From Marsupella aquatica (lineage: Eukaryota; Plantae; Marchantiophyta), in assembly GCA_973895155.1 (NCBI GenBank), contig OZ316891.1, forward strand, positions 29,804,331 through 29,868,330: a DNA stretch of 64,000 nt, in the 5' to 3' direction. The notes under the pieces were generated by a model that saw nothing but the letters and a program-made list of their open reading frames with translations, searched no databases and was not told the DNA's origin. The stretch's first letter is position 1. Each line of letters starts with the position of its first letter. Below are positions 50,377-63,940 of the stretch, one piece after another. The position numbers were made by a program, and so were the translations under genes.

Positions 50377-53300
50377 ATGGAGGAATTGAAGTGCGATGAT
50401 GAAGATGGTGATGACGTGCGGAGCAGCTGGCCTTTTGCCTCCCGCTACACATCCACAAGGATGCTGCTCGCTTGCTTTGCATTTTTTCTGCGCATTTTGG
50501 TCGGGTTGCATTCTTACTCGGGTAAATTTACAATCGTATAATCACAGATGGCCCTTTTCCCCCTCTTTCTCCATGCCGTTTGTGCCTCAAATGTCCAATA
50601 AGTAGAACTCGCACCTGGAATACAACGCATTCCCGAAACGCTTGTTCTCATTCACAGTTCTGCACAACTCTAAGGAATCTCGGCTCTTTCAAGGGCCACT
50701 TCTGTCCTGCAATGTAAGAAGAATCGGTCCCTTTTCAATAGAGGCGAGTGTGCCCGATAATGTTAGGACCTCAGTTGAAAATATGTCCTCTTCGTCAGTG
50801 AGGGCCACTTCGGTGTTGGAATGTCCGTAGCTCAGTCGAGATCTCAGAGAACTCACAAGGAATCGCAGTTGTATTTCATCGATGAAGTGTCGTTTTGGAA
50901 AGCCTTTAATTGGAATAGTCAAATTGAAGTTGTGTAATAAACTTTGTCCTGATCAGCATTTTCCCTTGTGCAGGTAAAGGTACACCACCCAAGTTTGGGG
51001 ATTATGAAGCTCAAAGGCATTGGATGGAAATCACAATTCATACCCCTGTCGTAGATTGGTATCGAAATACAACCGATAATGACTTGGGGTGGTGGGGTTT
51101 GGACTACCCCCCCCTCACTGCGTATCAGAGCTATGTTCATGGTCTTGTGATTCGGGGGTTGGACCCGGAGGCTGTAGCTCTGCATTCATCTCGAGGCTAC
51201 GAAACATATGGCAGGTCTGATGTATCGTCCCTTGCGAAGGATTCGCTCACTTTGCATTCTAGCCTCGACAATGAACCTCTTGTTATTAATATTTACATCC
51301 CTCAGTGGCTTTCAGATCTGTTATCACCTTAATCTGCAAAGATCCTTTTGTCTTCTAGTTGTCTTCTAACCTCTACTAAATAACATTCTAAAGATTGACC
51401 GCAACGCAATAGTTAACCTCTTGGTAAGTTGCTGCGGACAAAGGAGGTGGAGTTTAAAGAAGACTGTTTGTGAATGCACGCATTTTGGATTTATGAAAAG
51501 ATTACTGAGTGCAGGTCCTGGTGTTGTCGAAACTAGCAGGGATTCTGAAGCTCTTTTATTTAGTTTCCCTGTGTATGGCTGGCCCGTTGGTGGAGTCCTT
51601 AATGTACATTTACCCTGGAATTCTCTCTGATAAGACGTAAAAAAACTGTGGGATTTATGAGAGGGTGCAGCAAGTTGCTGATGCGTTGGACGGTACTGTC
51701 ATCGGACATTCTTGTTTTCTTTCCTGCAGCTCTATGCTTCATAAACATATTTTATGCCCATCGTGGTGCAAAACAACGGATATGGGCTTTGGCAATGATC
51801 CTCTTACAGCCTGCCCTCATTATAATTGATCATGGCCACTTCCAGGTACTGCTCCTACCGTTGACTGTGTTTTCGAGTTGAGAGGTGCAATGTGTTTCCT
51901 GCTACATTGCTGGCCCATTTTACTATGCATTCGAGAAGTCCTCTAATTATATTTGATTTAAGGAATTCTTGTTTCCCCCAAAGCTGCCCGTTGCAACAGT
52001 TGTCATTGTACCGTACTGCCTTGACTTGACCATCATGAAACCTTACCTCTGGAATACAGTCTCATACAATGCCATGGTATTCTGACAAATTCTGGCCGCC
52101 CTCGTTTCATACGTGTCCACCAACCATTGACAGAATTTGATTGACAGTAAGTAACTTGTGTTCCACGTATGTGCAGTACAACTGTATAAGCTTGGGTCTA
52201 GCTGTTGGAGCGGCAGCTGCGGTGGTGTCAAGACAAGAGTTACTAGCATGTGTTTTGTTTTCTCTGTCCCTCAACCACAAACAGGTTGCATTTTCTTCTC
52301 CGTTTGCCTCAGTTGTCACCTCATTTATGAACGTCTTAATCTCTCTTTTCGGGATTTGGTACAGTACAATTGCACTGACAGAACGTCACTCAATGTGTCC
52401 ATGGGTCTCTCGAACTGTGTCGTTGCAGATGAGTATGTACTATGCACCAGCATTTTTTGCTCATCTTCTAGGCAAGTCTTTGCAGAGGAGGAATCCATTG
52501 CTCAGAGTATTACTGCTTGGTTGCACTGTAATTGCGACTTTCACTATATGTTGGTGGCCCTTTCTGCGGTCCTCAGGGGCAGCTTTGGAGGTAAAGGCCG
52601 TTTGAGTGGATTAAAATGGAGAAGCTTTCTTGAAGGTAGTTTATGGGTGAATTTCTCTTTTATTTCTGTCATATTTAAGAGAAATCAGAGTTCAGAGCTA
52701 TATTTATATTCCTGCTATGGATTGTATGGAAATTCGAACTTATATATCCTTCGTTTGTTTTGAAAATAACAGGTTTTGTCACGGCTTGCACCTTTGCACC
52801 GTGGACTATATGAGGATTATGTTGCCAATTTCTGGTGTGGAACAGCTATGTTGTTTAAATGGAAGCATCTCTTTGCACAACCAACCCTTGCTAAACTCGC
52901 CTTAGGTGCGACCATATCAGCAGCTTTGCCATCGATGGTTCAGCAAATACGTGCACCTAGTAGAAAAGGATTTTTGTATGCGATGCTGAACAGCTCTTTT
53001 GGTTTCTACTTCTTCTCCTACCAAGGTACCGATTAATGTTCCTGTTCTTCCTGTTTTCTGCTATCGCATCTAAGGGACCTCAGTGTTCCTACTCAAAGTA
53101 GGAAGACGTTGCCTCCATGTGTTTGAATCTTGGAAGTAGGGCACTGACTTCTGATGATATTGTTCCTCACAATTTGTGTTGAAGGACAGACCTTGCTTGT
53201 TTTGCTAAGCCTCGTTGTGCTCCAGTTATTGCCCTGATAGTTTTCTTTTGTCATTATTTGCAGTGCATGAGAAATCAATTCTGCTTCCAGTAATCCCCGC

Positions 53301-53709
53301 AAGTCTTTTGGCATTGGAGGAACCTCAAGTTCTGCAATGGCTTGTCCCATACTCAATGTTCTCCATGCTTCCACTTCTTAGCCGGGATGACCTTCTCATC
53401 CCGTATCTTGCCCTCATGTGGTTATTCCTTCTGATTGCGAGACCCCCAACTCAATCCCAAAAGATATCTGGAGCTTCACAAAGGCCAGAGCTTTCGACTA
53501 CGAGAATTCTCTTATGTGTCTCAGTCCTAGGAGCAGTTGTCTTGCATTTGATGTACTTTAGACTGCAGCCACCAATGAGATACCCTTTCCTTTTTGATGC
53601 GTTTAGTATGTCTTACTCATTTGTCCACTTTGTCCCTCTGGTTTTGTATACAAATTGGAAACAGTGGACAATTTCTGCTGATGTTGCCACAAAGCAAAAA
53701 GTCAGCTAA
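50377..53709 (+). CDS. ALG6: Dolichyl-PP-Man9GlcNAc2 alpha-1,3-glucosyltransferase; 7 exons
   Basis: Exons 50377-50521, 50974-51214, 51671-51846, 52177-52284, 52429-52590, 52773-53025 and 53264-53709. Motifs: [95 protein letters not shown]. C-terminal KQKVS is a KxKxx ER-retrieval signal. Confidence 0.96.
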
Positions 53710-54931
53710 TAAGTCTCGATCAACATGTATTTCTCACATTTGTCTTCGCCTTTCATGTAAAAGAAAGTCCACAATACCAGCAGATTATGCTATTTTTACG
53801 AGAATGCATGAGGACTATTCTACAAAGTTGGGCCATATTCTTAAAGATGGTATGCATGAGTTATTTGTCCCTTGTTTTCTCTCTTGATGGTTAGATTGGT
53901 CGTCTCAGCACTGTATCTGATAATTCAGAGGAAAATTAAGCGAACGCCTCTTGTTAGTTCACCGGAAACGCAAATGTTCCTGAAGGAGCAATGGCAACGG
54001 GCCTTTGGAAAAAGCAGAAGCAGCTTGACAACTGAAGGAGAAGAACGCTTGACAAGAAGATTTAAATCAACAAACATATGGAAGCCAAGCCAGGTTTCAG
54101 CGCTGTGAACCGTCCAAGGATAGCATCTGGAAACAGAGTCTGAACTGAGCCTGATGCACCTGTCCGTTCACTATCCTTTGCCATAACTTTGGGGGAGCAA
54201 TTGCTCTGAAGGGAAGGCTTAGCAATTACCCAAATTCTCATTTTCAAGGAAGAGATTCTAAATGACCCATCGCAGCACCTAAGTGCAAAGCAGACCCATG
54301 AAAGAGAACCTTTGCTGCAATGGCCCTCAATGCCGACGGTCCGTAGTTTCAGATGTCTGGACATCCTCACTGTATACTCTGCACACAAAACCCAAAGAAA
54401 GTTAATTTTGTTGAGAAGCATTTTTGGTCACAAACCTCTGATGAGTACATATTCAGTTCTCTCATGAGGATATGCATTAGCAAAAATGTCAGTGGACTCG
54501 AGCCCTAATGTAGATTCCCAAAGACTTACTGATTTTTGATTGAGTTGTATAACTTCTCAAAATTGCCACTCACCGGGCCTCCGTCTTCCCTTCATAAATG
54601 ATAGCTGCCCTCAGAAAACTCCTTTCCTGCCCAACTCCGCAACTATGGTCTGGGCTGGTCACAAAGTAAAGGGAAGGGAAGAGAAGAGGTGGAAACGCTA
54701 AACCCCGTCTCCACCAGTCCAACTGTAGAGTTACGTTCAAGAGCGAGTAACGAGCACTACCAAGGGATCAGGGGTTAGGGTTTAACAACGAGCAGGTCTC
54801 AATGTTGGACTCCGGATTGGGACCTGAATTCGAGCGGAAAGACATGTTGCTTTGATCAAATTCATGCACGGGACTGCCTCACGTGACGTCCAATTTTGCG
54901 GCCGCGGTAGTGCAGGCAGGGGTGCCCAGCG

Positions 54932-57900
54932 ATGGGGATTTTCGAGCCCTTCAGGGCTTTGGGTTACATCACTGACGGAACTCCATTCTCTGTGCAGCGC
55001 AGAGGCCTCGAAACTTTCGTTACTGTGAGCGTCGGAAAGTCATGGCAGATTTTTAATGTACGTTTTGTTGGAATTCTCGCATTTGCCTCCCCATCGATGC
55101 TCCACGAGAAATTTTGATTTCGAGACGATTTAGCTTAGGGGTTTGAGGGTTGAGATTTAATATGTCTAGGAGACTAGTTGTTTCAGCTCGTTAGTTAGCA
55201 TTAACTCCTTAGCGTTCAAGTGGTTTGATTTGTGTTGATGGATCGCCACTCCAATTCTCTCGTTTTTGTGGAATTCTATTGAGGTACACTGATTGGCACG
55301 GTATTTTGGTTGCAGCTAGCCAAGATTTCTCTCGTATTTGTGGGTACTGGTCTGAACCCTTCCCTTAGATGCCTGTCTTCATTTGGTGGTTGAAGGGTGA
55401 TAATTAGGAAGTATGACTTAATTTCATTTCTAAGGATAAATGCGGGTGCGCTGTCGTTGTCTCCGGTAGACGCAGACCCTAAACCCTAAACCCTTGCATA
55501 TGTCCTTCATGGGATTCAGGACCGCAACTGGAGAGGAAAATTAGGGCGATCGCTTCTTGGCGTGACTACACATATGTTGCTACAGGGCAGAGCATCGCTG
55601 TGTTCAACAGAGCACACCAGGTTCACACTCTCAACTTCCAGCCAGTGGCTCTTATCAGATGAATCCCAGTGGCAACCCCTTCGCCCTCTAAATCTCTTGA
55701 AATGCTGTAGTAATCAGAGTTCTACTTCAATTTTGTCTATCTGCGAGGGAGCGAGGAATAATTATTAGTGATTAAACGAACTCAAAATCCGGAGTCTTGA
55801 CTGGTATTTCATTGGACACAGGTATCTACATGGACTGCCCACAATGGCAAAGTGGTTTTACTCCTTGCGTTTGGGAAGCATGTGCTCAGTCTTGGAACAG
55901 ATGGGCGCCTTCTCATATGGCCTGTCGTTGAAGCCGATCCGACCACTGCTGCCCATCCCGTTGGGAGCATTCAGCTGAGGGAGTCATTCACTCCAACGTG
56001 CATCATGCACCCTGACACTTATCTCAATAAGGTATTCGATTGCTTTCATTATGGATGGGGGTGGAAGATTCCCCACTCTGTCATCCTTCACAGGAGTTTT
56101 TTGAGAGGGATGTAGTTGTGCCTCGTGTTTCATTCTATCCGTAATTCAAACAAAATCAAATGCAAATAAATGGAGATAACCCTTCGCAATTGGCGTGTGA
56201 CAAAACTTGCTTGCTGGAGGGGTGCGAGACTGCCATGCGAAATCCCTCTTGACGTGCAATCTTATGGGAAGATGTCACGTAATGAATGGTCCCCCGTTGC
56301 TTAGTTATCACTATCACTCAGTGGCAACAACAACCGCGCCCCCTACCTTCGAGAGGGATGTTATAATCACTACTAGTGCAGAAATTGAATTCAATGGAAA
56401 TATTTTATCCACGAAGATGAAATTAAGGAATCTTCGGACCATCCATTCTCCCGATTTCTGAAGTTGTTGCTTAATTCGTTGTGTGCACTAGTATGACTGG
56501 GAATTCCAGATTCTGATATCGATGTGAGCTTTAGGTTTAGGTCCGGCAAGCTAATCGATTCACAGTTTCCTTGGATGGGATTGGGAGGAACGTATCCTCT
56601 GGCCCAACCATGGCTCATAGGTGTGGGAATGATTGATCAGGAAGGGTTGTGTGGACCCAGGATTGCATTTGGATGTACATTACTACTAATTCTAGCTTCA
56701 CTCCGTATTCATGAACCAAACATCAAACTATTTCATGAATTTTCACTCGTTATCGGACTGTGTGAGCAGGTTCTCATAGGCAGTGAGGAAGGCTCTTTGC
56801 AGCTATGGAATGTTAGCACTCAGAAGTTGATATATGAGTTTAAAGGGTGGGGATCTGCTGTTCGGTCTTGTGTGTCATCTCCTGCGTTGGATGTGGTGGG
56901 AATTGGGTGTGGAGATGGCAAGATTCATTTGCACAATCTGCGGTACAATGAAACTGTCGTCACCTTTACGCACACTACGAGGGGATCTGTCACTGCTCTT
57001 TCTTTCAGAACTGGTACATTTCAGACACTCAAACCTATCTTCGAACAAACTTCCGATTGTACTCAATTCTTATTGTTGATACGTTTATTTGTATGACTAA
57101 GTGCTAATGGACGATATGCTTTCTGAGTATTGAATTTTGCCTTCGCTTGACAGATGGACAACCTTTTCTAGCAGCGGGTGGGTCATCTGGTGTCATCAGC
57201 ATCTGGGATCTCGAGAAGAAAAAGCTGCACACCGTCGTTAAAGATGCCCACGACGGACCCATCACTTCTCTGCATTTCTTTGCAAATGAACCTGTTTTGC
57301 TAAGTGGTGGTGCTGATAATTCCCTCAAGGTACATTGTAACTGTTGTAATAGTCTAGTCTTTTGTTAGCATGTTTGATTCCTCAAAGATTTATACTCTGA
57401 TTAAAGCGTGCCATTGACTGCAAGCTGCACATTCTTCCTATCAATTGAAATGGGTCCTTAAATGGCGGTGGGGCTCAGATGTGGATTTTTGATACCAGCG
57501 ATGGGGAGGGACGCCTTCTGCGTTTCAGAAGTGGGCACAGCGCTCCGCCCACCTGCATCAGGTTTACCTTCTGCGTACCATCCCTGCGACACTTAGAGTA
57601 TTAACTGAATTTTAGTTGTGCTTGCATGCTGCCTCAGGTCCAGTTGAAGCCTGATTATTCTTGCATACGTGACTAGGGTATTCTCGAAGCTGATCTAGAG
57701 AAGGGTAAGAGGAACCAGTTTATACAGAAAAGGTGCATCTTACCTTTGATGTGCCAACCGGAAATCCACTTCGTACTGAGTGGATGTGAGATCTCAATTT
57801 CACTTCTTTGTTGCACTTAATGTACAGATACTATGGAAACGGCCACCACCTTCTGTCAGCAGGGCTTGATAGATCATTTCGCTTCTTTTCAACTATTCAG

Positions 57901-60900
57901 GTAGGTGTATCATGTGGATCGTGGAGTCGAATTGTTGCGAGTGTTGTCTCCTTGGATTGAGTTATTCTCAATTTTGCGAAAACCGTTATTATTTAGTTTC
58001 TTGGCAAAGACCTCTTTCATAGTCTATTTCACTGAGCTGACTCCAAACTAATTTCGTTTGTCATGGAATGGGATCCAACTGCTATTTCCTCGTTTGCCAG
58101 CCTCAAGCCGATTTGTCCTACACCATGGCTCTTGTGGGCCATGTGCACGGATCGAATTTCATTGTAGCATATGGTTCGACTCCTGTCTCACACTGAGATT
58201 ATGTTCTTACAATTCAAATTGCAGGATCAGCAAAGTAGAGAACTGTCACAAGGACATGTAGCCAAGCGGGCTCGGAGGCTCAAAGTGAAGGTACAACTTT
58301 TGTTTTCATTTCCTGTTGTACGAATAGCATGGAGCTAAAAGCCGAGTCAAGAATTTTGATGTTGCTTTGGTTGAGAAACGCTTCACTTGGAATGGGTAAC
58401 TGAAAGTTCCATGGAACGTTGCAGGAAGAAGAAGTGAAGCTTTCACCTGTAGTTGGCTTCGCTGCTGGTATGTTCCTTTGCTGCTGCCCTCTGATGAGGA
58501 GGATATATCCTGCACGCTCTGTGCCGCTAAAACACTGGAAACCTGTTCTGCTGTCATGATCATGCTTGGCATGTCTATTTGGAATTTCTTGTGTTTTCGA
58601 GCCTGGTCTAGGAATTCATTCTTGTGATCACTGAAGTAAGGGAGGCAGTCTTCTGGAATCTGTTTTTCGCAATCTTCGTGTTTGTGTTTGCATGCAAAAT
58701 TCTGATCTGGTATCGTTGTTACAGTCTTGTTCTTTGACCCTTATCGGGACTTGAGTTAGTTCAATTCAACTTATGTTCCTTCAGGAACGAAGAAACGGTC
58801 AATTATTTGACCAGGTCCTTCATGATGTTGTACGGGTTTTCATTGAGGCTTATCTAACGGTCGTTCTCACTAGTTTGATTGATTTACTTGTTGCAGCGGA
58901 GATCCGAGCACGAGATTGGTGCAATGTAGTGACGTGCCATATGGAGGACGCTGTTGCGTACTCGTGGCGGTTGCAAAATTTTGTCATTGGAGAACACATC
59001 TTGAAACCTTGTTTGGATGATCCAACACCTGTGAAGGTACGCTTCTCATTATGAAGGAGTCCCAGGGAAGTCTGTTCTGGTTGGGGTTTCCGGATTAGAA
59101 AACTTTATAAAGGAGTCCCATGGAAGTTTGTTCTGGTTGGGGTTTCCGGATTAGAAAACTTTATAAAGGAGTCCCAGGGAAGTTTGTTCTTGTTGGGGTT
59201 TTAGGATTAGAAAACTGCACCTTACTTCTGTCAATTGTCTTCGTTGAAAAGCAGCGATAAAGACTTTTCACGGTAGGCAGTCAATTTTATTTGTTAAAAT
59301 CAAGATATACGTGTGTTTTAACCCTCAGATCTTGGATTGTGCAGGCTTGTGCAATTAGCGCATGTGGAAATTTTGCAATCCTTGGAACAGAGGGAGGATA
59401 CATTGAAAAGTTCAATCTGCAGTCTGGTCTTAACCGAGGCTCATATAGAGATACCCCTCTCGAAGAACGTGCTCATAACGGAGCAATTGTTGGGCTAGCC
59501 TGTGATGCTACGAACACACTACTGCTGAGTGCAGGTTGTGATGATAAGATCAAGGTTTGACTTCGACTTGAGCAGCTTTTCCAGACACTGGATACCATAC
59601 ATTTCAAAAAACATTCTCCATCCTACTTCATTACTTTGAGCGATGAAAGCTCTTTCTTCCATTGGTGTGGTTCGGGAGAACCGCCGATCTGTCGAGCTCG
59701 TAGTCTACTTTGTCAATGTTACATGAATTGTTTTTATGCAGGTCTGGAATTTCAAGGTGAGGGAACTCAAGTCCACCATTTCTGTGAGCTCTCCACCAGC
59801 GAAGATTGCTTATCATCCTGGAAATGGTTCGCTCCTCTACTTCCACTTTTACCATCAGTCCCTTTGGGTTAAACTTTTCTGGACGTTGTTTTCCTTGTTC
59901 AGAAGTTTTCTGGAATTCTCTGCTTTGATAGGAAAAGGAGAGCCTATGTGTACACGGGCCACTAGGCAAAATTTAAACTCGCCGACTGTTCTCTTCTTGG
60001 AATGTAGGCTTGCTTGCAGTCGCTGCAGAGGACAAAGTCCTTCGCCTGTATGATGTGGTGGCTCTGCGAATGGTTAGACTGTTCCAAGGCCACACCGACC
60101 GCATCACTGACGTGTGCTTCAGTGAGGATGGGAAGTGGTTAATTTCGTCATCCATGGATGAAACTGTACGGGTCTGGGATGTTGTGGCTGCAAAGCCATT
60201 AGATGCCATGCAGGTGGATGCTGCTGTCACAGCACTGACTCTCTCCCCGAACATGGACATGTTGGCCACAGCACATGTTAATCGGAATGGCATATATTTA
60301 TGGTGAGTTCCTCAATTACTTTCCCGGAAATTTCTTTATCTCCTAGACTCAATACTTTACGTTGAAGTGGCGATCGGTCTCTCTTTGACGCATCACTTAG
60401 GGTTAAAGTTTGTACTGCATACCTGGAAAAGTGATCTCAAATGCTAAAACAGGCAGTGATCCTGCAGTATTTCGACGTTTGCTCGCGATTTACTAAGTCA
60501 TTTTATTACATATCTGCTATGCAGGGCAAACCGGCTTGTCTACTCTTCTGTTGATGCCGAACCCTCTGGGAGTGGGAACACTGTGGTTCATGTTTCTATG
60601 CCAACCGTTTCATCCAGTGATGGAACTACGCTGGAGAACGAACCGGCGAGAGCTGGTGCAGGTATTGCAAGTGAGAACTCCAGTATGATTGTTCCGGAAA
60701 AAGATGGATCCTCATCTGACATTGCTCAGATACTGCCATCTTTGATAACACTTGCAATGTTACCCAAAAGTCAATGGCAAGCCCTCGTAAATCTCGACAT
60801 TATCAAGGTACTCTATTCACCAGTTGTTGGGTACTTCAATTTGTTTTTGTGCTTGCTCTTTCATTTTTTAACCTTCCATTCTTTCTGATTTTTTTGTGGT

Positions 60901-62447
60901 AGCGAGCTCGTCTTTGTTTTTTTGGGGGAAGGGAATGGGGGAGAGAATTGTCAAGGTGCTGTACTCTAGTATCTGCATGACACCTAAACGAACATATCTT
61001 TTACTGTGCTTTGATTTAGATACTGTTTTCAACATGATCTATACACAGTAAGAAGTCGATATTCTACTCTACTGGCTCACCTGGCAGTTCCAATTCGAAA
61101 TTCCCTAGGCGTCCTGCAAGACAGTAGAAAATAATGCGTAAACATGACAAATCCCATGTGCATAAATGCCAGAATATTCTCCAAAAATTTGAATATAGAC
61201 TATCCAAATAATTCTCCGGATTCTTCTGCCACATCTTTGGTTCAGAAACAAATTTTCAGATCCTGCCTTGTGAGAGAATTGGTTAATTTGAGCAAAATTT
61301 GATTTATCAGTTCAGCAGTCCTCTTCTCATCGTTCCCAAAGTTTGAGAACCGCTTGGATGATAACGTTGAGAAATGTGGCTTTCGTCAGGTTCGGAACAA
61401 GCCAGTCGAACCACCCAAAAAGCCAGAAAGAGCTCCTTTTTTCTTGCCCACATTACCTTCAGTCTCAGGGGTTCCTACATTTGTAGCTGGAATGACAGCT
61501 GAGGAAATTGAAAAAGATGGCAATCCCTCTGAGGCCGCAGTGAAGTCTGTTTCAAGATTTATCAACAATATGGCGGCTGGCGATGGACTCCAGTCAGAGT
61601 TCATCCACACTCTTCGTAAATGTTCTAATATAGAAGACTGTAAGTCACTGCTCTAAATCAGCTCCAGTGTGTCCAATTTGGCCGTCGATAGTAACTATTG
61701 TTGAACTAGAGCAAGTCCACTCTCTTGTTAGAATTGACTGTTAGAGATGAGGGTTTACTTTCAAGGTCAAACTTTTGGAGTATTTGTGGGGTTTATTATA
61801 ATTTCACGCTGTTTTGCTCCTTTGCGCAGACACAAGTCTGATGACCCTTGTTAAGGGGATGACACCTTCTGCCTTAGATGCTGAATTTCGAATCCTACAA
61901 ATAGTCGATGATGGAGATGATGACGATGATGGTACGGAATTTCAGAGCAAAGAACTGCTCGACATTGCGCGGCTCATGGATTTTTTCGTACATCAAATGG
62001 CAGCCAATACAGATTTTGAATTTGTCCAGGCCCTAATCCAATTATTTCTCAAGGTAAGCCTGAACCTGGTGTCAGTAATTTTGGATCAAGTTCTTTGTGT
62101 TGTAGTCACTCCAAATACTGTCTAGGCATCCTACAGTGAAAAGTCTGAAGATGGCCAAGCTTTAAAGAAACTCGTTTTTGTTTCTTTGACAATTTGGTAG
62201 AAACTGAAAATGTAATAGAAACGAGAGTTGCATTGAATCGAATGCAGAATGATAATGAGCCTATCTCAGACTTACAATGTACCTCGTGCTTTGACAGATT
62301 CATGGGCAAACAATTATCAGGAATTCTCGCGTGCAAGAAAAGTCGAAAAGGCTCCTTGATTTACAAGGGTTGTCCTGGCAAAGACTGGATTCCACATTCC
62401 AAAAGATCCGATGCACGGTTGCTTTTTTATGTAATTCACAACTGTAG
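54932..62447 (+). CDS. UTP21: U3 snoRNA-associated WD40 protein UTP21/WDR36; 18 exons
   Basis: Exons 54932-55057, 55316-55343, 55520-55620, 55822-56031, 56770-57013, 57154-57329, 57479-57561, 57828-57900, 58225-58290, 58425-58467, 58897-59036, 59345-59554, 59742-59826, 60008-60302, 60525-60807, 61390-61639, 61830-62053 and 62298-62447. Motifs: MGIFEPFRALGYIT, IMHPDTYLNKV, SSPALDVVGIG, LLRFRSGHSAPP, RDWCNVVTCH, IIKVRNKPVEPPKKPERAPFFLPT, DFEFVQALIQLFLKIHG. Confidence 0.96.
59054..59216. repeat. Three tandem ~56-bp repeats in a UTP21 intron
   Basis: AAGGAGTCCCA(G/T)GGAAGT..GTTGGGGTTT..GGATTAGAAAACT at 59054, 59110 and 59166. Confidence 0.92.
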
Positions 62448-62796
62448 CTAATACAAAAATTTTGAAAGAGAGTTTCCCCTTTGCAATCCATTCGTCTTCA
62501 CCCTTAGCCAAGAGAGTTTTGCTGTCATTACCAGCTCTGGGCATTGAAATTAATGGCGTGGTTTCCTTGAAGCTATGTATTTGATCATCCTAATTTCAGT
62601 TACCCAAGTGGGAGGCACTTGCATGCTGCTAAGGTTTTGAGGTGTGCCAATGAAGCTCATCCATATTGACCGTGAGATGTGGGATAGGGGTAAGGGGTCT
62701 CTTTACATAATCTTTGCCCCATATCTGGCTTCCATAAAATTTGTCTCAGATCTCGTCTGAATCGATCATTCAAAAATCTTTCCCCCATATCTCGGC

Positions 62797-62929
62797 CCTT
62801 CAAATTTGCCTGAGATCAAGTCTGGATCATTCGAAAGACAACTGGAAAACTTATCTACACTTCCTTCAAATTTGCCTGAGATCAAGTCTGGATCATTCGA
62901 AAGACAACTGGAAAAACTTATCTACACTT
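62797..62929. repeat. Tandem ~66-bp duplication downstream of UTP21
   Basis: CCTTCAAATTTGCCTGAGATCAAGTCTGGATCATTCGAAAGACAACTGGAAAA(A)CTTATCTACACTT occurs twice. Confidence 0.92.
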
Positions 62930-63167
62930 CTTGGAGGTTTAAGGGTGCGAACCTCTTTGAAGGCTCATGGAACACTCCCCTAAAGCGGGGGTATTTACAA
63001 ACGACAGGAACCAGGAAACAGCAAACAGTTACTGTTACCAGGAGAAATGGAAAAAAGAACATGGGATTGAGTTCCATTATTTGGTCAAGAAGTTAAAAAA
63101 ACACCATCAATAAACCCCATTTTCAGTTGTTTTCAATACCACCATCCAATTGTCAAGGAAAGTAGGG

Positions 63168-63940
63168 GCCATTAGAATAAAGGTGTTGCCGAAAACCGGT
63201 GATGGCCAGCGCACAACGCTAGTATGCCGGCAGGGAAGGGCAAAAATTTAGGTATTCATAAAATAACGAAAAAGATGGAGATTCTACGTAACGTCAATCG
63301 AGAAGAGAACAGTAAAGTTAATGACCATTAGAAAAAGGCGTTGCCAAAAATATGCGGATATTAGCAGCGCCCAGCGCTAGTATGCTGGAAGAGATTGTCC
63401 GTCACATCAATCGAGAAGTGAACACAGGAAACTCAATTTGAAGCATTTCCAACAAAGAGAGGCAATGGCAGACGTTGAATATTTTCAGCGATGGGCGCTA
63501 CATTAAATGTCGGACCTCAAGAAATCAACGTCTAAACACGGAATACAATGACCATAGGCAGCGCTCGGCGCTAGCTCAAATCTAGGAATCAATGAATGAC
63601 CATGAAAGAACAAGAGAGCCGATCCAAAAGTGCATTCCTTAATTCCAAAATTGGTCAAAACATATAACCGGTATTACACCATCCGCAGATCATCTTCAAA
63701 TCAACCCACGACATAACATGAACATAAGCAGCGCTCGGCGCTAGCTTAAATCTAGCTATCTTAAATGTAGCCCGCCCTGGCCCGTATGTGCTTTATCTCG
63801 ACCTGAGCCGCACATAACAGGGCCGCTGATCCAAAATGGGCCAAAGATGGAGCCGGAAATACATGAACTTAGAATCACCCATAGAAGAAATCCCACGGTC
63901 CAAGACGAACAAAAGCAGCGATCGATGCTAGCTTAAATGG
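63168..63940. repeat. Degenerate array of a palindromic AGCGCNNNGCGCTAG motif
   Basis: Copies at 63208, 63366, 63487, 63560, 63730 and 63917, with partly shared flanking motifs. Confidence 0.7.
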
